Shown here piece after piece: positions 1-9,483 of a stretch of DNA of 64,000 nucleotides. Source of the DNA: a virus (Duplodnaviria > Caudoviricetes); IMG/VR virus record IMGVR_UViG_3300029288_006559, positions 70,293 through 134,292 of that record. One strand, given 5' to 3'. A program made the translations under genes and the position numbers. Positions within the stretch are counted from its first letter, which is position 1; each line of letters opens with the position of its first letter. Below the pieces are notes generated by a model. It was not told the DNA's origin. It ran no database searches and worked only from the letters and a program-made list of their open reading frames with translations.

Positions 1-285
1 GGGGTTCGTTCCAGAATAAAGGTTGTTAAGAACAAAGTTGCTCCTCCTTTTAGAGAAACTATCGTTGATATTGTTTTTGGAAAAGGGGTGTCTAAAGAAG
101 TAGATCTTCTTAACACAGCTGTAAATTATGAAATTGTTAGAAAAGACGGGCGAACATTTAGTTTTGAGCAGACAAAACTTGGGGAAGAAGCTAAAGCTTT
201 AGAATTATTAACCAAAGATCCTGTTTTATTTAATGCTGTTAGAGAAGCTATTATTTCTAAAGTTAAAAGTGATTCACGTGTATAG
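1..285 (+). CDS. recA: RecA recombinase, C-terminal part (5' truncated by window edge)
   Basis: Frame 1 reads GVRSRIKVVKNKVAPPFRETIVDIVFGKGVSKEVDLL, containing the diagnostic KNKVAPPF motif. Confidence 0.95.
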   Translation, partial: GVRSRIKVVKNKVAPPFRETIVDIVFGKGVSKEVDLLNTAVNYEIVRKDGRTFSFEQTKLGEEAKALELLTKDPVLFNAVREAIISKVKSDSRV

Positions 286-288
286 TAT
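276..288 (+). promoter_or_regulatory. Phage-specific promoter-like motif RCGTGTATWNTAT
   Basis: ACGTGTATAGTAT; related copies at 6585, 20559, 46015, 46115 and 50387, five of six at gene boundaries. Confidence 0.55.
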
Positions 289-291
289 TAT

Positions 292-380
292 TGTGTGCGG
301 CCACCCCTTACAGGACAAAAGGGAGCGTAAGTGCTTTCTTACCACTTTCCTCTTTAAACTTTTTCCTGTCGCCGCACACA
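292..380 (+). ncRNA. Putative ~90-nt structured small RNA or long hairpin
   Basis: TGTGTGCGGC(292-301)/GCCGCACACA(371-380), ACAGGA/TCCTGT and inner GTAAG/CTTAC pairings; follows the promoter motif and precedes a T-rich tract. Confidence 0.45.
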
Positions 381-419
381 GATTTTGTTTATTATATATT
401 TTTTCAACAGGAGTTGTTT

Positions 420-632
420 ATGCCTGATACAGACCTTACTCAACTTACAAATATAGTAACCTCTGTTATTACTGATTCTAATGTTGCTCAAACAGTAGCA
501 AGTATTCAGTTGGTAAAGCAGCAAATAGCAGAGTTACAGCAGCAGTTACTAGAGTTAGAAGCTTCTCTACCTACTGTCGTCGCAAACGCTATTAATCCCT
601 CTGTAGAGAGTACAGAAGAAACAAACTTATAG
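420..632 (+). CDS. Hypothetical coiled-coil protein
   Basis: ATG at 420 after AGGAG ribosome-binding site. Confidence 0.6.
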   Translation: MPDTDLTQLTNIVTSVITDSNVAQTVASIQLVKQQIAELQQQLLELEASLPTVVANAINPSVESTEETNL

Positions 633-640
633 AATACTAT

Positions 641-1222
641 ATGCAGCTCCCGTTAAATCGAGATGAGGTTTGGCATCCTCTCAACGAGTGTTTGCCTCAA
701 TTATTAGAAATTGTAGATGAAGTTAGGAATAGAAACTATTCTTTTGATAAAGAGCTTAGTGAAGTTTCTAATATAAAAATTTCTCTAGACGAGGCACCCC
801 AAGATGATGTTGTAGGGATGAATAAACTATATGCCGAGATTCAAGCCTATCAGAGTAGAACTTCTGCTATTATAATGGATATTTATAGAGAAAAAGCTTG
901 GTGGCAACAATGTTATTTTCGTGCCAAACGGCTTTATAGGAAAGCACGTGGTGTTTTGTTGAATACAAGAGAAGATGTTAAGAAACTTAAAAATAAAGAG
1001 CTTCAAGAGGCCGCTATCCATGAAGAAATAAGAGAGCTTGTTGATTTAGTAGATATTTTAGACCAAGTTATTGAAGACTTAGATTTATCTATTGCTCTTG
1101 TTAGTGTAAAAAAAGAAGAACTGGACAAAGCTAATACTAATCTTTCACGACAGCAGAAAGCTATCGATACTCTGGTGGGTTTAGGTTATCCTGTAAAACC
1201 CCGACCAGATTATCCTAATTAG
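641..1222 (+). CDS. Coiled-coil protein, possible UvsY-like recombination mediator
   Basis: All-helical 193 aa next to recA; function inferred from context only. Confidence 0.35.
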   Translation: MQLPLNRDEVWHPLNECLPQLLEIVDEVRNRNYSFDKELSEVSNIKISLDEAPQDDVVGMNKLYAEIQAYQSRTSAIIMDIYREKAWWQQCYFRAKRLYRKARGVLLNTREDVKKLKNKELQEAAIHEEIRELVDLVDILDQVIEDLDLSIALVSVKKEELDKANTNLSRQQKAIDTLVGLGYPVKPRPDYPN

Positions 1223-1230
1223 GTAATTGC

Positions 1231-2037
1231 ATGAATATAGATTTTAATAGAGTTAAAACAATTATAATGGATCAATTGCAAGAATATTCTTCTATCTCTT
1301 CTTTGACTGGACATGAAGAGCAAATGGTGCATAAAGTTTCCAAGACATTTCTACCAGTACACCCTCTCCATGAATTCTATTCTGTTACAAAAAAGGGAAA
1401 GCCATATTGTGCTTATATTACTTCTTCCATTACACCTCCAAAATATGTTTTAGTTACTCATTTAGATAGGGTATGCAGTCCTTCGGGGAAACCTTACAAC
1501 ACACTTCCCAAAGATTATAATTCTTTTGTAACAGGTCAATTAGATGATATTATTGGAATTGCCATTGCTTATTATGTGTATATGTTTTCTAAGCAGCCTG
1601 TTTCTGTTTTGTTTACTACGAGAGAAGAGGTTAAACATTCTTGGCATCAAATAAAAATGTTTTTAAAAGCTTATTCTTCTGCACATCATCAAATCGTTCC
1701 CATAGGGATTGACATTGATATTTTTAAAGCTTTTCCTGTAATGACCGGTACTATTAGTCTAAGACGTAGAGACGAAGATGGAGATATGTGTGCCAAGCAG
1801 GTATCTTTATTTCAAAAGCAAGCAGACCATCTTTCTATTCCCTGGACAGCTACTGAGGGAATGGCTATTACAGAGATAGGAGCATTAGCTAGATATACAA
1901 AAAATAAACTACAGGGAATACATATAGGCTTACCTTTACGTAATTATCATACAGATGACGAAGAGGTGCAATGGGCTGCAGTTTTTAATGTTATTAAGTT
2001 AATTATTTCGGTTTTGTCAATTACATCATCATCTTAA
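1231..2037 (+). CDS. Zn-dependent M20/M28/M42-like peptidase
   Basis: THLD, GQLDD, REE, D and HT metal-binding pattern. Confidence 0.65.
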   Translation: MNIDFNRVKTIIMDQLQEYSSISSLTGHEEQMVHKVSKTFLPVHPLHEFYSVTKKGKPYCAYITSSITPPKYVLVTHLDRVCSPSGKPYNTLPKDYNSFVTGQLDDIIGIAIAYYVYMFSKQPVSVLFTTREEVKHSWHQIKMFLKAYSSAHHQIVPIGIDIDIFKAFPVMTGTISLRRRDEDGDMCAKQVSLFQKQADHLSIPWTATEGMAITEIGALARYTKNKLQGIHIGLPLRNYHTDDEEVQWAAVFNVIKLIISVLSITSSS

Positions 2038-2057
2038 ACTTTTTATGGAGATACATT

Positions 2058-2678
2058 ATGCCAATCGGTCAAAAAACAACTTTTGATCCTGTACCCGACG
2101 GTACTTATTTACTACGCGTAACAGATTGTACGGAACGCAGTAGAAAAGACGATTCTTCGCAGGTTTTTCATTCATGGTCATTTGAAGTAATGAATGATTG
2201 TGAAGAAGCCGGAAGAAGGGTTTCTATTGCTATGCCATCTGATATGGCTGTAGGTTCAAAGCTCGAAAAAATGTGGTTAGCAATTGGATTACCTGCTCTT
2301 GCTTTAGGTGAAGGCTTTGATACCGACGATGCTCTAGGAGGAGAATTTTACGCTCGCGTTGTTGTTAAGCAGAGGAAAGGGAACGCAGGTACTAAAAACG
2401 AGTTTGAAAGTATCTGGTCTATAGAAGAGTATGAGAAGGAGATTGCAAAAGCTACTTCTGGAAGACGTTCGTCCTCCCCTTCTACATCATCCCGAACAAC
2501 TAATACAGCTAGAGTTTCTTCTGCAGAACAGGAAGAACCTGAAGATAATGGAGGAGAGGCAGGTTCAGGAGAGGGGGAATCTTCTAATGCTGCACCTCGA
2601 CGGCCTGCTGCACCTCAACGACCTGCCGGAAAATCGCTATTATTTCCTAAAGGCGGCGCAGGGAGTTTAAAGAAATAG
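2058..2678 (+). CDS. DUF669-like single-stranded DNA-binding protein
   Basis: FDPVPDGTYLLRVTD N-terminus, OB-like core, low-complexity tail. Confidence 0.65.
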   Translation: MPIGQKTTFDPVPDGTYLLRVTDCTERSRKDDSSQVFHSWSFEVMNDCEEAGRRVSIAMPSDMAVGSKLEKMWLAIGLPALALGEGFDTDDALGGEFYARVVVKQRKGNAGTKNEFESIWSIEEYEKEIAKATSGRRSSSPSTSSRTTNTARVSSAEQEEPEDNGGEAGSGEGESSNAAPRRPAAPQRPAGKSLLFPKGGAGSLKK

Positions 2679-2724
2679 TATGACCTATAATGGAGAGCCG
2701 TAACTCTCTTTATAGTATATTTTT

Positions 2725-3105
2725 ATGATTAAAGAAAAAAAGTTAACAAAAAAACGTATTAGACAACTTGAAAAAAGAGTTCGTAACAAGAAACTTAAGG
2801 TTTGGGCTAATACTGTAAAAGATAGAGATAATCGCAAGTGTGCATTTTGCGGTGTAGAGAAGCTTTTGAACGCTCATCACATCGTTCCTAGACAGATTAA
2901 GGAATTTATGGATGATGTAAATAATGGTATTTCTTTGTGTCCAAAACATCATAAATTTAGTTCTGAATTTTCTGCACATAAGAATCCCTTTGCTTTTTTT
3001 CTCTGGTTTTGTAAAACACGTCCGCAGCAATTTCAAAAGCTTGCAGAGGACTGGGAAAAGTATCTTGTTAGGGGGCGTTTAGAACTTTTAAGGAAAATAA
3101 AATGA
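2725..3105 (+). CDS. HNH endonuclease
   Basis: RDNRKCAFCG...AHHI...NGISLCPKHH. Confidence 0.85.
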   Translation: MIKEKKLTKKRIRQLEKRVRNKKLKVWANTVKDRDNRKCAFCGVEKLLNAHHIVPRQIKEFMDDVNNGISLCPKHHKFSSEFSAHKNPFAFFLWFCKTRPQQFQKLAEDWEKYLVRGRLELLRKIK

Positions 3106-3392
3106 TTATTACAAAACATTACGAAATAGGGATAACAGGTAAGTTTCAGAGTCGTAGATTTGGAACTACTCTTACAGTTGATGCTGATAAGATATCTTGG
3201 GATCAAGCAGCACCTGTAGCTGAAGATTTACAGAAATTGTGTATAAAGTTAGTTGAAAACGATATTAAAGCTATGCGTAGGGCAGATCCTAATTTTAGTA
3301 TAATAGAAGCCGCTGCTCAAGAGGAACTTGATAAGTTTGTAAAGTATCAAGAAGGAGTAAAAAAATCTGAAGACAAGAGGCGTCCGTTATGA
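3102..3392 (+). CDS. Hypothetical protein
   Basis: ORF translationally coupled to both neighbours. Confidence 0.6.
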   Translation: MIITKHYEIGITGKFQSRRFGTTLTVDADKISWDQAAPVAEDLQKLCIKLVENDIKAMRRADPNFSIIEAAAQEELDKFVKYQEGVKKSEDKRRPL

Positions 3393-3931
3393 TTATTTCG
3401 GTTTGTATAATTGCGTTGTTACTTATTTGGGGATATTTTAGATATTTAGGCCCTGTATTCATTACATATCAAAAAATACATCCTCATGCAATTGCACCTA
3501 CAAGAGCTTATCATAGAGCTGCTTGCTGGGATGTATATTCTAATATTAACTGGACAATACCTGCAGGGTGTTGGCAAGAAATTAATACGGGGTTAAAATT
3601 TGCCCCCGCTTTTCACTTTCATATTCCTTTTTTAAATTGGACTATTACTCCTTTGGGTAATATTGCGGGGCGTATTTTTACACGGTCGGGGCTTGCATCT
3701 CGTAGAGGAATAAGATGTCATTTAGGTATTATAGATAATGATTATCGAGGGGAGTGGACAATTATTATGTATAATCACGGGAAAGATCCTGTAAGAATTC
3801 GTACAGGAGATAAAGTAGCTCAAATTGATTTTTATAGAGTTCCTTCTACTTATATGTTTAAGGTAGGAAAATTATCTAAATCTGTAAGGGGAGAAAAGGG
3901 ATTTGGTAGTTCGGATAAGGTACAAAAATGA
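3389..3931 (+). CDS. dut: Trimeric dUTPase with N-terminal hydrophobic segment
   Basis: RSGLA, GIIDNDYRGE, GDKVAQ and RGEKGFGSS motifs. Confidence 0.92.
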   Translation: MIISVCIIALLLIWGYFRYLGPVFITYQKIHPHAIAPTRAYHRAACWDVYSNINWTIPAGCWQEINTGLKFAPAFHFHIPFLNWTITPLGNIAGRIFTRSGLASRRGIRCHLGIIDNDYRGEWTIIMYNHGKDPVRIRTGDKVAQIDFYRVPSTYMFKVGKLSKSVRGEKGFGSSDKVQK

Positions 3932-4590
3932 AAATAATAAAACAATCTGCGACATTAGAATTTATTACTCCAAATGCATTACAGGTTATAGAGAAAGCTG
4001 GAAGAACATGTTATAAATCCGAAGATCTTATAACTAAGGAATCTGCAGAAGAATTCGTTAAAAAGATACTTGAAAGCGGACACGAATCTGTATTAGAGCA
4101 TGCTTATGCTTCTTTTAGGTTTATTACTGATAGAGGTGTAACTCATGAAATGGTAAGGCATAGGCTTGTTTCTTATTCTCAGGAATCTACTCGTTATTGT
4201 AATTACAGTAAAGACAAATTTGGGAATGAAATTACAATCATTCTTCCTGTTAGGTTCAATCAAGTTAAAATAATATCTTCTGATGAGAGGTGGATTGACG
4301 ATTTACCCGAAGATAAATTTTCAAAATTTCAAAATTGGTTTAAGGGTTGTTATAATGCTCAAGTTGCTTATTTACAGGCTTTACAGTTAGGTGATACTCC
4401 CCAAGAAGCCAGAGATTTATTACCGAATTCATTGAAAACCGAAATTGTAATGACCACTAATTTTAGAGAGTGGAGACACTTTTTTAAGTTAAGAACTTCA
4501 CCAAAAGCACATCCTCAAATGAGAGGTTTAGCAGCGCAGGCATTAGATATAATTAGGAAAGAAGTTGAAGTAGTATTTGACAATTTATGA
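3928..4590 (+). CDS. thyX: Flavin-dependent thymidylate synthase
   Basis: GHESVLEH and RHRLVSYSQESTRY motifs. Confidence 0.96.
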   Translation: MKIIKQSATLEFITPNALQVIEKAGRTCYKSEDLITKESAEEFVKKILESGHESVLEHAYASFRFITDRGVTHEMVRHRLVSYSQESTRYCNYSKDKFGNEITIILPVRFNQVKIISSDERWIDDLPEDKFSKFQNWFKGCYNAQVAYLQALQLGDTPQEARDLLPNSLKTEIVMTTNFREWRHFFKLRTSPKAHPQMRGLAAQALDIIRKEVEVVFDNL

Positions 4591-5804
4591 TAAAATCTTT
4601 ATACATACGAAATTTTCAGTCTCACAAGGACACCGCTCTTGATTTATCTCCTTTAGTTACTGCTATAGTAGGTCTTAACAATCATGGGAAGTCTGCTGTA
4701 TTGAGAGCTTTTCAGAAGGTAATAAGAAATGTTCCTACTGGAAATACTTTTATAACAGATGGAGAAAAACAGTGTGATATTACTCTTTCTACAGATTCGG
4801 GTAAGGTTTGTAGGAGTGTAAAAAATATTGCTGCTTCAGATGCTAATAAATATACTATAAACGATAAAGAAGATTATGTAAAGTTCGATACTGAAATTCC
4901 CGCTGAAGTTTTGCCTTTAATGGAAACTTCCCTTATTCAGAAGTTCGGTGATATAGAGGTGGATTTTAATTTTCAACCTCAATTGGAAGATCTTTTTCTT
5001 ATGCAAGGGGATGGATTACCTTCAAAAAGAGGTAAAATCCTAGGTAGTGTAACGGGAGTTGATATTGTAAATAGAGCTATTCAATTGTGCGCTTCTGCGA
5101 TTAAATCTGCGAAAAGCAGTAATACTCGTAACGAGCAACAGATTATAGATATTGATCAAAAGTTAGAAGCTTACAAAAATCTTTCCGCCCTATCTTCTCA
5201 AGTAACAACTCTTCTGGCTAATAAAGAATATTATCAAGAACTTTCTTCCAAGTTAGTAGAGCATCGTAGTATTTTATCTTCTCTTGAATCTTTAGTTGCT
5301 CAGGCAATTAAAGCTACAAAAGTTGTGGATAGCATAGATGAGAAAAGTTTAGTTAATACCTTACGGGATGTTCAGTCTCTGCATCAAAAGATTCAAGTTA
5401 GTCGTTTACTTTGGTCTTTACAAACAAGAATTCAAAAGCAAGATTATGTTATTCAAATAGCCGTTGTTCCTGATACTTCGTTTATAGAAAATTGCATACG
5501 TAGAGGAAAGTTATTACAAAATCTTTATTTATTAAGCCAGCAAATAACTCAAGCTTATAGCATTATAGATATTGCAAAAACTATCTCTATATCGGCTGAT
5601 AGAGCTGAAAAGGTAAAAGAGATTCAAAAAAAGGAACAACAGTATACTGATATTTATAATACTTTAAAACAGATAAAGAAAAAAAGTGAAGGGCAAGAGC
5701 AGGGTATTTTTATTTTAAATGGTGAACTTGAAAAAGTAGAACAAGAAAAGAAAGCCTTAGAGCAAGAGCTTGGGGTATGCCCGTTGTGTGGGAGAGCGTT
5801 TTGA
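4587..5804 (+). CDS. sbcC: SbcC/Rad50 ATPase, N-terminal half (Walker A, coiled coil, zinc hook)
   Basis: IRNFQSH, GLNNHGKS, ends in CPLCG; no Walker B in this ORF. Confidence 0.85.
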   Translation: MIKSLYIRNFQSHKDTALDLSPLVTAIVGLNNHGKSAVLRAFQKVIRNVPTGNTFITDGEKQCDITLSTDSGKVCRSVKNIAASDANKYTINDKEDYVKFDTEIPAEVLPLMETSLIQKFGDIEVDFNFQPQLEDLFLMQGDGLPSKRGKILGSVTGVDIVNRAIQLCASAIKSAKSSNTRNEQQIIDIDQKLEAYKNLSALSSQVTTLLANKEYYQELSSKLVEHRSILSSLESLVAQAIKATKVVDSIDEKSLVNTLRDVQSLHQKIQVSRLLWSLQTRIQKQDYVIQIAVVPDTSFIENCIRRGKLLQNLYLLSQQITQAYSIIDIAKTISISADRAEKVKEIQKKEQQYTDIYNTLKQIKKKSEGQEQGIFILNGELEKVEQEKKALEQELGVCPLCGRAF

Positions 5805-5878
5805 GTAAAACGTTAGAAGCACGGGATATAGAAGAAAGATCGAGACTCTATTTAGTTACACGACAGCAGAGAAAATAA

Positions 5879-6856
5879 ATGAAATTAGGATTCTTTACAG
5901 ATACTCACATAAGAGCAGATTCTCCGGAAGGAAGAACTGATAATTTTCGTCAATCTATTTTGACCAAATTAGAAGAAATAGGCCAAATTTGGAAGGACAA
6001 TTCTGTAAGTGTTGTCTTATTTGGCGGGGATTTATTTCATACCCCTGATGTTGCAAAAAGCGTGATTAATGATGTAATTCCTATTTTTAGATCCTGGCAA
6101 TTACCTATTATTGGCGTAGTGGGTAGTCATGATTATTTCGGTTATCAACTAAAGAGTCTTAAACGTACTGCTTTAGGACATTTTGTTAATTTTGGATGTA
6201 TCCAACTTGTTGGGGATGAAGATTTAATACCTGAAATTAATTTAGAGATTCATGTAGGGGATGGTATATTCATTACAGGAACTAGTCATAGCTATTGGTT
6301 TGCAGATACTCCTACTATCTGTAATAAAACTATAGAAGATGGATCTACAGTAAAATATCAAATTCAGTTGGTACATGGGGATTTGTTCAATACCTCCGTT
6401 CCTTGGCCTCATATCTTGACTTCACAAGTAAAAACAGAGTCTGATTTAGTTTTGTCTGGTCACATTCACTCTGGTTGGCCAAATAAAATTATTAAGCATG
6501 GAAACACAAAGTTTGTAAACCCTGGAGGAGTGGCCCGTTTAGAAAATACAGGTGTACAAAGAATTCCAATGGTTTGTACTATCGACGTGTATATTAATAA
6601 TAAAAAAGAAACTAATATGGATTCTAAAATAGATTTTATTCCATTGATGAGTGCACTTCCACACCCCTTTAAAGAAAAAGTAGTTAAAGAAGAAGAAACT
6701 ATTCAAGACGTTTCTAAGCTTATCCAGTTAATTTCTTCTACTAAAATTGAGGCTATTGATATTAAAGCTCAACTTCCAGTAGCTGCTAAGGAACTTAAGA
6801 TGTCTAAACAAGTTTTGGAAAGGGCTTTTGAATTTATTGAAAGTGTTCCCACATGA
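5879..6856 (+). CDS. sbcD: SbcD/Mre11 nuclease
   Basis: DTH, GGDLFH, GSHD, HGD, SGHIH and NPG motifs; follows SbcC-N. Confidence 0.88.
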   Translation: MKLGFFTDTHIRADSPEGRTDNFRQSILTKLEEIGQIWKDNSVSVVLFGGDLFHTPDVAKSVINDVIPIFRSWQLPIIGVVGSHDYFGYQLKSLKRTALGHFVNFGCIQLVGDEDLIPEINLEIHVGDGIFITGTSHSYWFADTPTICNKTIEDGSTVKYQIQLVHGDLFNTSVPWPHILTSQVKTESDLVLSGHIHSGWPNKIIKHGNTKFVNPGGVARLENTGVQRIPMVCTIDVYINNKKETNMDSKIDFIPLMSALPHPFKEKVVKEEETIQDVSKLIQLISSTKIEAIDIKAQLPVAAKELKMSKQVLERAFEFIESVPT

Positions 6857-7185
6857 AAAAGTTACTTACTAAATTTATGCGAGGGAAACAGACCTCGTCT
6901 TCTAATTCCAGTTCTAATACAGGAGATTCTTTTATGTCGTCAGCAAAACCTACTACCGTTACAATTCGTTATCATAATGAAAAAGACGAAAAGTTTGAAT
7001 GTGTCTATGCAAAGCCAGGAGCCGGGGCTTTGATTGTTGCTAATAAGTTATCAGGCTATACCGATCGTTGGCAATTTCGTTATATTCCCTTTTCCAACCC
7101 GGAGATTGTGGATATTGTTGTCGAGAGCGAGTCAAAAGAAGGAAAAGGTCACTATCATAGTCGCAACAGAGATGAAGATATTTAG
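6853..7185 (+). CDS. Hypothetical protein
   Basis: Coupled ORF; true start may be internal. Confidence 0.5.
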   Translation: MKKLLTKFMRGKQTSSSNSSSNTGDSFMSSAKPTTVTIRYHNEKDEKFECVYAKPGAGALIVANKLSGYTDRWQFRYIPFSNPEIVDIVVESESKEGKGHYHSRNRDEDI

Positions 7186-7297
7186 AAAAATCATTTGTTG
7201 GTTGTTTCATCGGAATGAAGGTTTAATTCCTATTCGGCCGGGTTCAAGCGTCTGTAAGTGTGTTAAATGTGGTTGCGAATGGGTTAAGAGTTATTAA
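7172..7297 (+). CDS. Small Cys/His zinc-binding protein
   Basis: IICWLFH...CKCVKCG. Confidence 0.5.
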   Translation: MKIFRKIICWLFHRNEGLIPIRPGSSVCKCVKCGCEWVKSY

Positions 7298-7308
7298 TAG
7301 GAGGAAGT

Positions 7309-7758
7309 ATGTTTGCAATTCATAAGTCTTTTAGTTGGGATATGGGGCATCGTATTAGCCAGCACGGAGGAAAATGTTTTTCTCCGCACGGTCATCGTTA
7401 TAATGCCACCGTTTGGCTTGGGGGGGTGCTTGGCGATAAAGGTATGGTAATGGATTTTTATCGGCTTTCTCAGATAGTTGACCCTATTGTTGAAGAGCTA
7501 GACCATGCCTTTATGGTATATGAAAAAGATGATGTAATGCGGTGGTTTTTCAGTGAGTGTAATAAGGAGGATCGTTGTTCTATATTACAAAAGCCCGAAC
7601 GTCCCTTTAAAGTCAAGGTCGTTCCTTTTGAGTCTACAGCTGAGAACATTGCAAAGTATATTTTTGATAGGGTTTACGAAAAAACTCCTAATGTTGTTAA
7701 AGTAGAAGTTTGGGAGACTCCAAAATGTTGTGCTGTTTATGAGATTAATCTTGCCTGA
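7309..7758 (+). CDS. queD: 6-carboxytetrahydropterin synthase (QueD/PTPS)
   Basis: GHR, CFSPHGHRY, LDHAF, STAENIA and VWETP motifs. Confidence 0.92.
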   Translation: MFAIHKSFSWDMGHRISQHGGKCFSPHGHRYNATVWLGGVLGDKGMVMDFYRLSQIVDPIVEELDHAFMVYEKDDVMRWFFSECNKEDRCSILQKPERPFKVKVVPFESTAENIAKYIFDRVYEKTPNVVKVEVWETPKCCAVYEINLA

Positions 7759-8045
7759 TGCCTGTAGGAAAGAAAATAGAAGGTACTGATTGGATTGAAG
7801 ATCCTAAATTATTACAGGCCTTTATTCAGCGTCTGGATGATGCTATAGATTCAGGAGTTGATTTAGATTTTGCTTGGGCTAGGACGGTAAAAGCTAATGC
7901 TTTAAAGCATAAAAGATATTCTCTAGGTCAAGAATGGGCTTTACAAAAACTAGAAACTAGAATAGATAATTTGTTAAGTGATAGATCCTACGATGATGGT
8001 GATCTCTTTGGCGTTGGCCCTGATTATTCAAGTTATTATGATTGA
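7758..8045 (+). CDS. Hypothetical protein
   Basis: Coupled ORF. Confidence 0.55.
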   Translation: MPVGKKIEGTDWIEDPKLLQAFIQRLDDAIDSGVDLDFAWARTVKANALKHKRYSLGQEWALQKLETRIDNLLSDRSYDDGDLFGVGPDYSSYYD

Positions 8046-8054
8046 GGAAAATTT

Positions 8055-8321
8055 ATGAGTCAAGATAATGCACAAAAGTTACAGCAGCTTCAAAAGCGAA
8101 TTGAAGAGATAAAGCAGAGAAAAACATCTGCGGAAGCTGAAGTAAAATTATTGCATCAACGTTATGAAGAAGAGGTGGTAAAGGCGAAAGAGCTAGGTAT
8201 TGAAAACGTTGATGATCTTCCTACTTTAATTAATCAACAGGAAGAAGAGGAACAAACACAGCTTCAGAATCTTGAAGCAGAAGTCAATTCTGTTGAGCAA
8301 GCTTTACAAGAGAATTCTTAA
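8055..8321 (+). CDS. Small coiled-coil protein, possibly part of the split SbcC complex
   Basis: Heptad-rich; stop overlaps the start of SbcC-C. Confidence 0.55.
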   Translation: MSQDNAQKLQQLQKRIEEIKQRKTSAEAEVKLLHQRYEEEVVKAKELGIENVDDLPTLINQQEEEEQTQLQNLEAEVNSVEQALQENS

Positions 8322-9025
8322 TGCCTTTATCTAAGAATACAGAATCTCGTATTAGAAACGTTGAGCTACTCCTAACTCGTAGGGTAGCTCAAAGAGATAC
8401 TTTTTTGTCTCAGAAAAAAGAGTTGCAAGATCTCTTAAAAAAGACGCAAGAACAGATGAGTGTAGATACTCAAGTTCAAAAGTTATTAGAGGTGTTTGTT
8501 AAATCTACTGAAGGCTACGTAAGGCAATATTTAGAGCCTTTAATAACAGAAGCTTTAGATTTTGTTTTCAATCAAGGCCTTTATTTCCATCTCTTATTTG
8601 TAACTCGTAGAAATCAGGTAGAAATTGATTTCATTCTTCTTAGGGATGATGTATCCGAAGAACAATATCAGAAGTTCTTACTTGAACCTAATAAATATGC
8701 GAAACAATTAGAAGGATTGGTAAAAGAAACAAAACAGATAAATTATATGTATGGGGGAGCTATAAATCAAGTTATTGCTTTAGTGCTTCGTTTGATTTTA
8801 GCTGAGCTTTTACAAATACAAGGACCTATTTTTCTAGATGAACCTTCAAGTGCAGTGGGAGAAGAATACAGTGCAAGACTTGGCCAATTGATTTCATCTC
8901 TTAGTAGTAGATTCAATCGTCAGTATGTGTTAGTTACCCATTCTCATAGTTTAGCTAGTTATGCAGATATTATTTATGAGGTTGAAAAAATTAATAATGT
9001 AAGTCAAATCAGTGTTAAGGAATAG
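8321..9025 (+). CDS. sbcC: SbcC/Rad50 ATPase, C-terminal half (signature-like, Walker B, H-loop)
   Basis: YGGAINQVIALVLRL, IFLDEPSS, LVTHS. Confidence 0.85.
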   Translation: MPLSKNTESRIRNVELLLTRRVAQRDTFLSQKKELQDLLKKTQEQMSVDTQVQKLLEVFVKSTEGYVRQYLEPLITEALDFVFNQGLYFHLLFVTRRNQVEIDFILLRDDVSEEQYQKFLLEPNKYAKQLEGLVKETKQINYMYGGAINQVIALVLRLILAELLQIQGPIFLDEPSSAVGEEYSARLGQLISSLSSRFNRQYVLVTHSHSLASYADIIYEVEKINNVSQISVKE

Positions 9026-9029
9026 AGAT

Positions 9030-9242
9030 ATGTCAAAAATAATTGAAACTATAGCAGAAGCAAGTTGGAAATCCTGTAGGGAAGAAGTTCGCGGTCCAGA
9101 TGGGAGTATTTCAGTTGCTAATGAAGGGCAGGCTTGTATAACCCTTACTCCTCGGTGGGGTAATTGGGGAAGTACTTTAGAAGACGGGACTAAGTTAGAA
9201 GCTGGAAAGTGTTATAAAATTACTATTGAGGTGGAGGAATAA
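9030..9242 (+). CDS. Hypothetical protein
   Basis: ORF with RBS-like AGAG upstream. Confidence 0.5.
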   Translation: MSKIIETIAEASWKSCREEVRGPDGSISVANEGQACITLTPRWGNWGSTLEDGTKLEAGKCYKITIEVEE

Positions 9243-9245
9243 AAT

Positions 9246-9482
9246 ATGTCTTCTAATATAGAGGTTAAGGTAATAGGTCATGTAGGAGAAGGTGTTCCTA
9301 CTATTGCATCTGAAATAGCTCAAGCTCTTAGATTGCTCGGGTTTAAGGTAACGATTGGGGGTAAATTAAAAAAGGAAGTTCCTCAAGGATCGCTTTCGCA
9401 AACAAAAAGAGTGAAGGCAATGGTATCTTCTATAGAAAACCACATAAAGATTATATGCGAGCAGCTTCCAAGGAAAGTGTAA
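9246..9482 (+). CDS. Hypothetical protein
   Basis: GGAGG RBS. Confidence 0.55.
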   Translation: MSSNIEVKVIGHVGEGVPTIASEIAQALRLLGFKVTIGGKLKKEVPQGSLSQTKRVKAMVSSIENHIKIICEQLPRKV

Positions 9483-9483
9483 T

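Noticed and set aside
292-380. SRP RNA or 6S RNA
   Set aside because: Lacks the SRP GNRA-capped domain IV consensus and is about half the length of 6S RNA
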